Source of the DNA: Phyllosticta citribraziliensis
Taxonomy: Eukaryota
Direction: 5' to 3'
Assembly (NCBI RefSeq): GCF_038025025.1
Contig: NW_027117344.1
Location: forward strand, 682,001-746,000
Length of the DNA stretch: 64,000 nucleotides
In this document: one piece after another, positions 1-10,421 of the stretch
Layout of the letters: the number at the start of each line of letters is the position of its first letter
Position numbering within the stretch: the stretch's first letter is position 1
Made by a program: the position numbers and the translations under genes
Notes under the pieces: generated by a model
What the model was told of the DNA's origin: nothing
What the model saw: only the letters and a program-made list of their open reading frames with translations
Databases searched by the model: none

Positions 1-49
1 AAACTCTCTGTCGACCAGGGGCTGCGCGCAGGAGCTAGCCCAAATCACG

Positions 50-1621
50 ATGCCTGCGCCTGGACTCCAAGACCTGGGCGCAAAATCCGACGAACACCCT
101 GAGCAGCAAGCCTCATTCCCGCAGACCCAGGAGGAGATTGACAACGACCCACGCGTCTCGTGGTCAATCTCTGGCAACAAATACATCCTCGAGGAAGAAA
201 ATGGCACGGAATGGGCATACGACCCTAAGCTTCAAAGATGGATCCCATCGGTAGGCTGAAGCCCTTCTCCCTCGTCGCAAACCGTGAAAAACATCCATGG
301 CGCTGGTTTCTGGCTTTCTTTTTGGCGAATACTCCAACGATGTCTCGAGGCTCCCGTATTGACTGGTTCCGATCGTGTGCAAACAGCTTGACGAGGACGA
401 TCTTGCCAGACAAAGTGAAGCTTATGCGGTCCCCGGTGTCGACCAGCAAAGCACAGCGGACGCCTTCGACGACTTTGAGCAAAACGTGAGGGCGGAGCCT
501 GGCGACGCGGACAAGAAGACAAAGACTGCGCGCCCCAAGAGGAAGCGTGAAAAGGAGGAGAAGCGTCCTGTAAGGTTGCCCACTCCACTCTCCGTGTCTT
601 TGGCTGAACCTTGTAGGCCCAAAATACTGCGGTATACGCGACCTCGATCCCTCTCGATGCGACTGCCGAAGAAATCGAAGAAGTCTTCGGCAAATATGGA
701 ATGATTGCCGAAGCTCTGGAAGACGGCAAGAAGCGCGTCAAGCTCTACACGGATGACAATGGCAACTTCAAGGGAGACGCCCTCATCATCTACTACCGCC
801 CTGAATCGGTCGAATTGGCCATCTCCATGCTGGATGATAGCGAGTTCCGCTTTGGAACCAAGGGCCCCAACGGCAACATGCGCGTCCAAGTGGCAGACTC
901 GTCTTACAAGAAGCAGAAAGACGATGACAAGAAGCAACACTTTGAAAGCCGCACCCACTACGATCGCGAAAAGTTTGCCAAGAAGTTGAAACGTCACAAG
1001 GAGAGGATGGAAAAGTGAGTGTCAAACGGCTTGACGGCTGCACAAATGCTTACACGCGGGTAGGAGGATCGGCGAATGGAGCAGTGAGGAAGAAGAGGAA
1101 CGTACGCGTTGGGAGAAGAATGTCGTCCTGAAGCACATGTTCACTTTGGCGGAGCTCGAGGTATGGATCCGTCGAGTCCTCGGCCCATCGACATCGGCTA
1201 AGCCCCATCGCAGGAAGACAAGGACGCCTTTGACGAAATCCACGAGGACATCCAGGAAGAAGCATCCAAGTACGGAGAAGTCACAAAGGTCAAGATTTGC
1301 GACAAGGAAGTGGACGGCGTCGTCATTGTGCAGTTCAACGACTTTGACGCGGCCGAACGCTGTGCCGCAGCTTTCAACGGCCGCTCCTTCGACGGCCGCA
1401 CAGTCGTTGCGTACATTTCGCAGCAACGAGAGAATTTCAAGGCAAAGAGCTTGGAGGAGCGCACGGGCAAGTCGGAGGAGGCGCGTATCGACGAGTTCAC
1501 GACCAAGTTGGAGAAGGGCGAGCTGGCAAAGAACATTGACGGCGGCGAGCTTCCTCCTCTCTCGGACGCTGCCGCCGAAGGAGAGGCTTCCAAGGGAACG
1601 CCTGGTGCCGTTGCCCCTTGA
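50..1621 (+). CDS. CUS2: Splicing factor Cus2/Uap2/Tat-SF1 (HTATSF1) homolog, RRM + UHM
   Basis: Exons ~50-251, 387-569, 617-1014, 1064-1160, 1214-1621 with GT-AG introns; RRM motif KRVKLYTDDNGNFKGDALIIYYRPESVELAISMLD and UHM VVLKHMFTLAELE...DGVVIVQF...FNGRSFDGRTVVA. Confidence 0.9.
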
Positions 1622-2986
1622 CCACGCTTCTCGATCACTTCGATCTTGGACAGCAAGCATAGCATATGAGCGCTTTTACACTGCCAAAGCCCCAATCGTC
1701 GTTGGCGGGAGGCATGAATACCTCGAGCGCCACCATGACCAGCATGGGTGACGGCTATCACGCTTGTCGTTGGAGTCAAGCAACGAGAACGCTAGTTTCT
1801 CGGTTGGGTACCTCTGGCAGACAGACGAGGACTTGGTCTTCAAAGTGAAGCCAGTTGACGGGGGAAAATTCAAGAGAGAAAACAAATCTAAATCAACAAA
1901 TCCTCCTTCAACACTGGCCAATCAATATCTTGACTGTGGAAGAAGAGACGATGCTAGCGCTCAGATGTCCCGCCCGTATCCCTTGGTTGAAGCAGGCATG
2001 ACAGACAGACACACAGGGCCCGCATTCGTCCACAAGATCTCCCATCTTCTCAATCGCAGGATACATCCAACGGACGCTCCCACGCACTCACCCCCTATCT
2101 AGTCCATCATCGCGCGTTCGCGCAACGAAGCAGGCAGCGCAGGGAAGGCAGACAGACAGACAAGCTCCCATTCGCTCCCGCAGAGTGTCACCCCCCATCC
2201 GCCACCCACGCGCCGACCCTTCCTCCCTCCCTCCCGCCCTGCCGCCCTGCCGCCCCATCTATCCATCTATCCACTCATTGACGACCAAGTACACTTGGGG
2301 GGCGTATCCCTACCTACCAACAAACCAATCAACCACGCTCACCCCTACTTTATCATTCGCCCGCCCGCCCGCTCTTCCAAAAGCAAAATCCACGCACGCG
2401 TACACACACGGCGCGTAGTAGATGTATGTGCTGGACGTGTCTGTCTGGCAAGCCAATCGACATCGATTGATGTTGAAACGGGACAGCGGCACGCGTGGGT
2501 TACAAGAGAGGGAGGTGAGGGGAGGGGAGGGATGAGGCGTGTCTCTGACTGGTTGGCTCATGCCGCAACGCACGCACACGACTGCCTGGAGACCGAAAAA
2601 GAAAACATTCCAACAAGCATTGAACGTTGAGCGCGTCACAGTAGAGCCCCTGTGGATGTGAGGTTTCGAGTCCGGCTTTGTGTGTTGTATGGGAGAGAGG
2701 GATCGAAAACAGACGAAGTGCTGGCTTTTTGGATCAATGTGAGTTCATTGTCCTTCTGCAGCTGAATCTGTTTGAAAGAGGGCGAGAGAGGAGAAAGGAA
2801 AAGGAAAGATGGTGTGGTGCATTCGTGAATTCAATGATTCTCGTACTGAACTTGACAAGAGATCAAAACCCAGAGCGCCTGGCTAAATGCGATGAAATAC
2901 CAAACTCCCGTCCATCAAACAGTCCATTCCCAATCTCATACCCATTTTCGGCTCGCACTCCACGACTCAACCCCCACTCGCCCCCC

Positions 2987-4900
2987 TCACGGACAGAACA
3001 ACACCATATTCCTCGCCGCCTTACTAACACTCCTGTCGCGATTCCTGCCCCTGAGCCAATCCCCACTAATAGTGCGCCGCCGCCTCCTCTTCTCCTCTCC
3101 ATCGCCTTCTCCCTCACTCTTATCGCCCTCTCCTCTCCTCTCCACCGTCAGGTGCACATTTGCATTTGCACTCGCACTGCCCGCGCGCTCATTGCCACCG
3201 CCACTACCACTTGCGCCCGTCTCCCCATTCTCGGCCTGGGCGAGTACCAAGCTTGTCGTGCTCGCACTCGCGCCAGCGCTGTTGCCGCCGCCCGCGTAGT
3301 ACCGTCCGGCGCCGGCGACTAGGTTGACCGAGCTGCGCGAGGCCGAGCGGGAGCGCGCGCGCGCTTGCGCCCACTCGCGCGCGGCCACCTGCTCGGACAG
3401 GCGGTGCGCGTCGAACGTGCTGAGGCGCTTGTGGTGTTTGGCAGTCCTGGCGTTGTGAATGCCGCCATTGTTGCTCTGGCGGTTGTTGTTGTTGGTCGAA
3501 GAAGCGGAAGAGGAAGACGACGACGAAGAGGCGCCAGAGCCGTGGCTGCCGTTGCTGGACGTGCTGTCGCGGCCGGTGCTGTGGCTGCGGCTGTGACGGT
3601 TATGGACAACGGCGGTGGCGGTGGCGGGCGCGGGCGCGATTTGCTGCAGAGGGTTGAGGTGCAGTTGGATGTGGAGGGGGTTGGAGAGGGTGCGGCGGCG
3701 CGTGGAGCCCGCCCGGACGGTGCTGCCTGGCATCGACTGTCTCTTGGACGCCGTGCTGCTGCTGTCGTTGCTGGAGCCGAGGTAGGCGGCCATGGGAACG
3801 GGTAGCGCCAGTGTTGAGCGATTGCCGCGGTTGCCAGGGCGCAGCGATGGCGGGAGGTGTGATGTGTTTGACGCCATCGAAGCGCTGGTCGTCGTGGGAG
3901 GAGTCGGGGGCGCGGCGGCCGTCGTGTTGACGGAGCACGACGACGACGAAGGAGAAGAGTAGAAGGACGAGGGCGTGATGGGCGGGGAAGGAAGCGTTGA
4001 TGGCACCAACTTCGGAGACTCTTCCTTCGCCTCCTTGTTCTCAGGCTCTTTGTGATGTTGCGGCTCGTCGTGGCTCTCGACGACAGGCGTGTGAGGCTGG
4101 ATGCAGATGGAAGGGGGCAGCGGAGGTGGTAGCGACGAAGTCATAATCTTCTGCGATGTCGACGCCGAGCGCGTGCTTGGTCGCGAGTCCGTAGTGCTGG
4201 AGTTGGGGCCTGACGAGGTGGCCGTGCACGTCGTGATGCTGTGGAGGCTACCGTGCTTGCTGACCAGGGGGCTAGGGGGACTGGGTTGGCGTTCGATTTG
4301 GAGCGGTACGAGGCCGGTCGAGCTGAGGCAGTGGTTCGAGGTAAAGCCGGGGTCGTTGTAGGTGATATAGGCGATGACATTTTCCCCTGCGGATTGGGCG
4401 TGCCGGTGTGGGTCAGGTGCGACAGTCGTCCTGACGTTGCCATCATCCACGTCTCTAAGAAGAGGAGTGAGAGTCTGAGTGCTTCCCTGCCCGACGTTGG
4501 AGGCTCTGTTCATTTTGAGCTGTGATTCCGTCGCCCTGTTGTTGTTCAAAAGCTTGGATTGTTCGTTTTGAGCGGCAATCGCCAAATCTGCTGGTGCTTG
4601 GGTCGTACGTTCCCAGGCGAATGATGGAAGGTTTGCAGTCGACATGGCCTTGTTGCCAGTATCGTGGTTTTGGTACGGGTTGTTCTTTTCAAAGTCGTTG
4701 CTCTTTGTTCTGCGGAGGCCTCTCTTCTTGAGCATGAATCCGAAGACGGACATGAGGAGAATGAGTCCGAGGGTGCCGAATATAGCCGCAGTGACGATGG
4801 TGATAATGTGGGTACTGGAGGCCGAAGAGCTTGCGGAAGATGTCGTGGATGATGTGGCGCTGCTTGTTTGTGATGAAGACGTTGTGGTGTCCTGGGCCAT
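2987..4900 (-). CDS. Hypothetical Ser/Thr-rich single-pass membrane protein with long low-complexity tail
   Basis: Long uninterrupted ORF; first ATG at 4900 (MAQDTTTSSS), S/T-rich N-terminus, hydrophobic segment IITIVTAAIFGTLGLILLMSVFGFML followed by basic KKRGLRR, then S/P-rich region; true start or upstream exon uncertain. Confidence 0.6.
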   Translation of the reverse strand: MAQDTTTSSSQTSSATSSTTSSASSSASSTHIITIVTAAIFGTLGLILLMSVFGFMLKKRGLRRTKSNDFEKNNPYQNHDTGNKAMSTANLPSFAWERTTQAPADLAIAAQNEQSKLLNNNRATESQLKMNRASNVGQGSTQTLTPLLRDVDDGNVRTTVAPDPHRHAQSAGENVIAYITYNDPGFTSNHCLSSTGLVPLQIERQPSPPSPLVSKHGSLHSITTCTATSSGPNSSTTDSRPSTRSASTSQKIMTSSLPPPLPPSICIQPHTPVVESHDEPQHHKEPENKEAKEESPKLVPSTLPSPPITPSSFYSSPSSSSCSVNTTAAAPPTPPTTTSASMASNTSHLPPSLRPGNRGNRSTLALPVPMAAYLGSSNDSSSTASKRQSMPGSTVRAGSTRRRTLSNPLHIQLHLNPLQQIAPAPATATAVVHNRHSRSHSTGRDSTSSNGSHGSGASSSSSSSSASSTNNNNRQSNNGGIHNARTAKHHKRLSTFDAHRLSEQVAAREWAQARARSRSASRSSVNLVAGAGRYYAGGGNSAGASASTTSLVLAQAENGETGASGSGGGNERAGSASANANVHLTVERRGEGDKSEGEGDGEEKRRRRRTISGDWLRGRNRDRSVSKAARNMVLFCP

Positions 4901-7254
4901 AACCGAAATAAGAACACTTCCGGGGTAATGGGGGACCTTATGAACTAACAAATGAGATGAGTAGTACAGGGGTAGCCTTAAAGCCTCTGCACTGGTCCTT
5001 GCGGTTGGTGGAGTAGTCTAGAGAATAGATGACATGGCAAAAGACGTGATGTCTGGCGCAGCTTTGTACGCGTGCAGTCTTTCTGTTCGGAGTAAAAATA
5101 GCCGCTTTTGTCGAAAAGGACCCCAACTTTACATGGCGATCTTTGACAACGCGGAGGTAGACGTAGAGCCGCAGTGGACGTTTGGTGTGGCGTGCGTCCA
5201 GCGGCCCCCACCGAAAGGAACACCCCTCACAATCCTTTGTGGTCGTTGCTTTGAGGTGATTGGACCGTGGTGACGAAAGAGGAAAATGCGTAAACAGCTT
5301 TCAGAAAACAAGATGTGGTCCGGGTGAGAAACAAGAAGCGCCATGGCGACATCCACCCCCAACACAGGGTGCCTGATTCGGCTTCAGCCTTGCCATATTG
5401 CGCTTGGGTTACCTTGATGCATAATCCATTTCCAGTCAATTCTTGAGTTGGTCATAATGCCTGGAGCTGGCATAAGGACTGCTTGTCATCTTCTCCTGAC
5501 GCCCAGTTCTAATGACTACATCTTGTGCGCGTTGAATGCTGCGCCCTGGGAAAAGAGTGCGTGGAAGTCAGGCGGTGGATCGATTTGCGGACAGCAGAGC
5601 ACGCGCAGGGAGGGCGACGTGGTAGGAGCTTTTGGGTGGAGTAGCAGGGGCTGTGCATCATCACTGCCTGTTTTGGAACGCGTGTGCTCGGTCCCGGATC
5701 CGACAGGGAGAAGAAGACGTCAAGCACAAGCCAAACCAACAGGCAGCGTCTCCGTCCCAAGAATATTGGCGAGCATCATTACCACCCCGTTACTGAATTG
5801 GCGCGTGCCGAATCCTTCCGCCCTGCAGCCAAAAGGCGTCACGAAATGTGGTCGACAAAAGACGTGAGGAGGCTGTGGAAGGAGGCTTTCTTCCTCCAAC
5901 CACGGGCCTCATCATCTAGGTGACGAGTTTCGATAAACCTGAAACACATTTGAGCTCAAGCTCAAGTCGGACGTCTTGGCAGGCGGCCGCAGTGTCGTCG
6001 ACAAGATCCCAGAAAACATCTCCGCAGTCAGACCGCGATGATCTCCGGAAATTTGGCGCCGACCGACTCGAAATTTGCATCCTTTTCCCACCGCCATTCC
6101 CAACTCGGTATTTTTAGGTAGATGTGGTCCAAGTCTGGTGATCGTCTTCCAGAAGGTGGTGTTGGTCGTGGGGGTCGAATTCATCCCCTTGTTGTTCTCC
6201 TCCTCTTTCAGCAAACCCAAACTCCCTTGGTCCGAATGCGCGATGTTCAGATGGGCTTGCGCGTAATGTGCTAGCGCAAGACTACCGCCGAGATGTCAGA
6301 GTTCTCTTGGTTGCCTTTGCTCGTATGTACACATCACCCGTTGACGCGGCGCGTCCACAGCTCAGTCCACTTCATCGTCGGCAACCATGCGCGGTGCGCG
6401 ACATTCAGCGCTGCGCCTTCATCTCTGCCAGCATCCCGCCATTTCCAAAATTTTCCATATTTCTCTTCAAACAAGCCTTTCGATTCAGCAGACAATAATC
6501 TCGTCCGAGCAGAGAAAGACGCGCCACAGTGGCGCTGCAGCTGACTGCCTACGCTTTTACGGTGCTGACCAACCACGTGGGAGGAGCGAGAGAGTACATG
6601 GCGCAGCCAGAGAGCATGTTGCCAGAAGCCGCTGGCGGGTTCGCCTCTGCGCTCTGTTCCTTTGCGTTTAAGACGCTGTAGCTGGAAAACCTGCGTTGCG
6701 TCAGCCTTGCAGCAGCCCTATCCAAAGCACGTACATAGGTCATCGTCCACTCAAACGCATTTTTGTTGCTCATCTTTTTCCTCAGCCCTGAATTTATTTG
6801 CAAAGAAAACGCCCGGCACCAGCCCTTCGAGGTGAGACTCGAGCACAGTCACAGTTGCCGCTATTGTTCACGTCGTGTTTAGCAGGACGCTGACCATCCG
6901 GATGAAGCCGACTTTGAGCAGGCCGGCGGTGCCTGACATGACTCACCGCCTGAGCCACTCTGTCGTATACATCGTGTCAGCATCTGTAAGGGCGTAGGCG
7001 CGGTGGTGGTGTCGATGCAAGAGCGGAGCAGAGAGAACGGGAGTTGACAGGCAGCGTTTGGCACCCCTCGGGCCCGCGGGAACAGGCAGGGGGGTTAGCG
7101 GGCCGGTCCAAGGAAGTAAGTCCTGGCCGGCTGTCGCCCGCGGCTCCGGGCCAACAATCGGCCGGCCGAAAAACGACTATATATTCCTCGCCAACCCTCC
7201 CCCCAACCTATCCTTTTTCTTTCTCTATCAGTAGGTTATGATTAACATCATATA

Positions 7255-7788
7255 CCATCGAGGCTCCGCTACGGCGGCTTGCTGAGGGTCAGTCGTTCAA
7301 ATGGCTTTTCTTCCGTTCCCGGCCTCGTTGAGAAAAGGCGTCCGTCTTTCCTACCAGCCGCGCAGCTATTTCCGATAGCTCGTGGCTGTGGGATGGCCGC
7401 TACATGCCATTTTGACCGCTTTGTGGCATTTTTTTATTTTTCTTCGTTTGGGGGCCCCTTGCTCCCACTCCGACAGTCTGGCGCTCGCTTCTCCGCTCAG
7501 GCGGTGCTGTAAGCACTCATCAACGTTTGTGAGGGTTCTGTGCTTCTCGTGCTGTTGCGGCGGCATTGTCGCAGAGTTTTCGCGGTGCCAAAATTGTTGC
7601 GTCAGCCTCAACGCCTCGACATAGTTTTGGTCTTGGATGTGACTGCAATCTACCCATGTTTATGACACGTCTCGCTGTTCTTGACCGCATGTCGCTGTGT
7701 TGACGAGCCCGGCGCAGTGCGTGGCAAAGAAGTGACTCCCTAAATCTACCCGCAGCGGTCAACGACAACCCTCTGGATCCAGACATGG
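7255..7788 (+). ncRNA. Candidate large structured ncRNA, H/ACA-like 3' end
   Basis: TATATA at ~7178; long-range stem 7258-7264/7613-7619; C(UACG)G tetraloop hairpin 7266-7277; several hairpins with G-U pairs on + strand; 3' hairpin with internal loop ending 15 nt before ACA (7783-7785); no convincing ORF. Confidence 0.45.
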
Positions 7789-8066
7789 CGCAAGGAGCAT
7801 CATTTTTGTTTCTCTCTCCGCACCAACTACGTTTTTGAGACTCGTCGGCCTTGCTTAGCGCATCGGCTACGGTTGTGCTTGAAGCAGTTTTGGCAGCTCT
7901 ACATGCTGCTGAGCCGTTCAGTCACTCATCACTTGAGGCCACAAAAATTTCGAGCGCTGATTGCTGTTTCATTTGCTATCTGTGATGATACTGCGCAACC
8001 AATTGAATGGCTACGAAGATGGCCGAGAGCCCAAATGAGCACAACAGACCCATGCCGAAAATGACC

Positions 8067-8877
8067 TTAGTAAAGGCGGCGGGGAGGAGACATGGTAGCC
8101 TTGATGGTCAGGCTACCAACGTTCTGCCAGCCCTTCTTCAACAGGGAGACGAGGTAGTTGATGGCAAGCATGATGTTACCAATCAGCTCGTCCTCGGTCA
8201 TGCCAACGTTGCCGACGGCGACACCCATGCAGAGAACCTTCTTGAGCTGGAACTTGACGGTGGACTTGACCTCGGTGATCTTGTCGCCCAAGTTCTCGGA
8301 GTGAGAGACGGGGGTAGGGAACTTGCCGGCTGTTTCGCTCGTTAGCAAAGCCTCTCACAATGCTCACGCTACCGAGGTTCTTACCCTTGGAAAGACCAGG
8401 ACCCAAGAGACGGGGGATCTGCTTGATCAGAGTGTCGGAGGCGATGAAAGCATCGTACTTCTTCGCGAGCTTCTTGATCAGCTTCTTGTTCTTGTTGAGC
8501 TTCTTCAAGTCCCTTTCGAATTGTCAGAACATCTTCTCCAAAATTGTATCCAGGATCCTTACTCGGCGCTCATGGCGTCAACACCGCCGTGCTTGGCACG
8601 GTCAATGTCGTGCTGGTCACCGAGAATGCAGATGGCCATGCCCGGGCGGGGGACCTTGGGCAGCTTGACGGTGCCGGAGAAACGCTTGTCACGCTGGGGG
8701 TCATAGTTCTTGAGGCCGATCTGGAGCTCGACGGTCTCGAGGAAGTTGCGCTTCTTCTCCTGTTGGGCTGTCAGCGGTGCACGGCAGAGTCTGGCGACGA
8801 TTTTGACGCACCTCGTTGGAGTAAGCGAGCAGCTCCTTGACGTTGCTGCGCACGCCGGCGACGGTGATCTTGGACAT
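8067..8877 (-). CDS. RPL1: 60S ribosomal protein uL1 (L1/L10a)
   Basis: [17 protein letters not shown]...[33 protein letters not shown]...[25 protein letters not shown]; exons 8877-8812, 8759-8563, 8512-8385, 8329-8067. Confidence 0.98.
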
Positions 8878-9274
8878 ATTGAATCCGTCTTCCTAAGAAC
8901 CTGTTGATTCCTTCGGTGTGGTTTGGCGCAGCCGTTCGTGGTTGGAGAGAAAAAGTCGGTCGTCAGGTCGCCGCTTGATTCATTTCCAGGGCGCGACGTG
9001 CGTGGTCTGTGCGCCGACTTTCTTTCTAAGCGAGCGCTAACCCCGATTGGTGCACTAGCGCATTTTGCGGGAAAGAAGCAAGATGTTGGGTTACTTTTAA
9101 ACTTTCAACGTCGCTCGTCGTCTCCTCCTGCGACTCTGTGCTCGTGCCTGGCTGTGGCATCGCCTCTCAGACTTTTGATTCCGACCACTTGCGACCATGT
9201 TTTCCTACGTCCTCGCTCGACCTGAAATACTCTCAACCCAAAATGCTGACACTTCCAAGACCATTCCCAACACC

Positions 9275-10009
9275 TTAGGATGATTTGCGATTCACCGAAG
9301 AAGCCCTCGCCTGATACTCCATGTGGGTAGCAAGCTTCCGTGGAGGCTCCTGTTGTGCGTAGATTCCGGCTCTGTCCTGAGGACTCGATTCGTACCACTC
9401 TTCGCGGACCACACGAAACCCGCTTCTCTCGTAAAGCGAGCGAGCGGCGTCATTGTCCGCATCGACGACAAGCGTGAACCTGACGTCTTTTCCCACTTGA
9501 GATCTGATGGTCCAGATGGCATGTTCAAGGAGCGTCCGACCGACGCCCATTCTTTGCGTCGCGGGCTTGACAAACATGCCGGCCAAGCGAAACCTCCGCA
9601 CCGGCAAAGCATCGCCAGCTTGGTCCTCGGATTCTGTGGACGATGAGGCCTTGGACGGCGAATTTTCCGAGTCGTCGCCTATTTCGAAGAGCACAAGATG
9701 CCCCAGCCAATCGCCAGCGAGAATGGCAGACATGTCCAGGTTCCCTCTCTTCCCAGGATCTCTGGATTCCAACGTGGCAACTGCGACAAAAGTCGTCGCT
9801 TGGGTATCTTTTAGGCGATTCTCCCACGTCTCAAAGGCAAACTGCACCTCTTTCTCGTACGTGGACGAAAAGGCCTGGGGCGAGTTTTGCAAGGCCATGA
9901 GACGAAAGGTCTTCTGTCGCTCCACCAAATCCTTCCAAATGGACGGATCTGGGCAGTTGCGGGGAAGGGCGAAGATGCGATAGCCTCGCGGTGGGTGTGC
10001 TTCTGCCAT
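9275..10009 (-). CDS. GNAT-family N-acetyltransferase
   Basis: RLMALQNSPQAFSSTYEKE N-terminal motif, acetyl-CoA motif A (GMFVKPATQRMGVGRTLL) and motif B (VDADNDAARSLYERSGF); ATG at 10009. Confidence 0.85.
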   Translation of the reverse strand: MAEAHPPRGYRIFALPRNCPDPSIWKDLVERQKTFRLMALQNSPQAFSSTYEKEVQFAFETWENRLKDTQATTFVAVATLESRDPGKRGNLDMSAILAGDWLGHLVLFEIGDDSENSPSKASSSTESEDQAGDALPVRRFRLAGMFVKPATQRMGVGRTLLEHAIWTIRSQVGKDVRFTLVVDADNDAARSLYERSGFRVVREEWYESSPQDRAGIYAQQEPPRKLATHMEYQARASSVNRKSS

Positions 10010-10421
10010 TGGCTTTGCAAGGGTCTGGGTGGAGGCGGTGAGACCAGCAACTGATTCTGGGCACGTTTCGGTCAAGTGAATCCTTGGCCGTCTTTCCACA
10101 AGTCTTCAAAGTCGAGCTTGTCTCAGAGATGAGGTCAGTGGAAGGCTGATCGGAGCGGAAAAATGTCAAATCAAGGTAACGGTCGGTGGTTGGTGTTTGT
10201 GGGTTGCGCATAGGGCGTAGCGTCTCGTGTGACCCCGGTAAGCTCAAGCGTGACCTACCCGCATGTCTGGCTCTCCGCGTCCACCAGCTCCTTCCGCCCC
10301 ATCACAAGATTCAAACAATGACCCATGCTTGACGCCTCGATCAACCAACAGATATTTCATTTTCTTTCAAAATATATCTGCCTGCTAGACTTCTCTCTCT
10401 TCTCTCCTGTCCGTCAGTAAA

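Noticed and set aside
7238..7285. C/D box pair ATGATTA...CTGA
   Set aside because: Imperfect C box, too short, no terminal stem or recognisable guide
5400..8060. Telomerase RNA as explanation for the structured intergenic region
   Set aside because: No template-length match to TTAGGG repeats (e.g. TAACCCTA) seen on either strand
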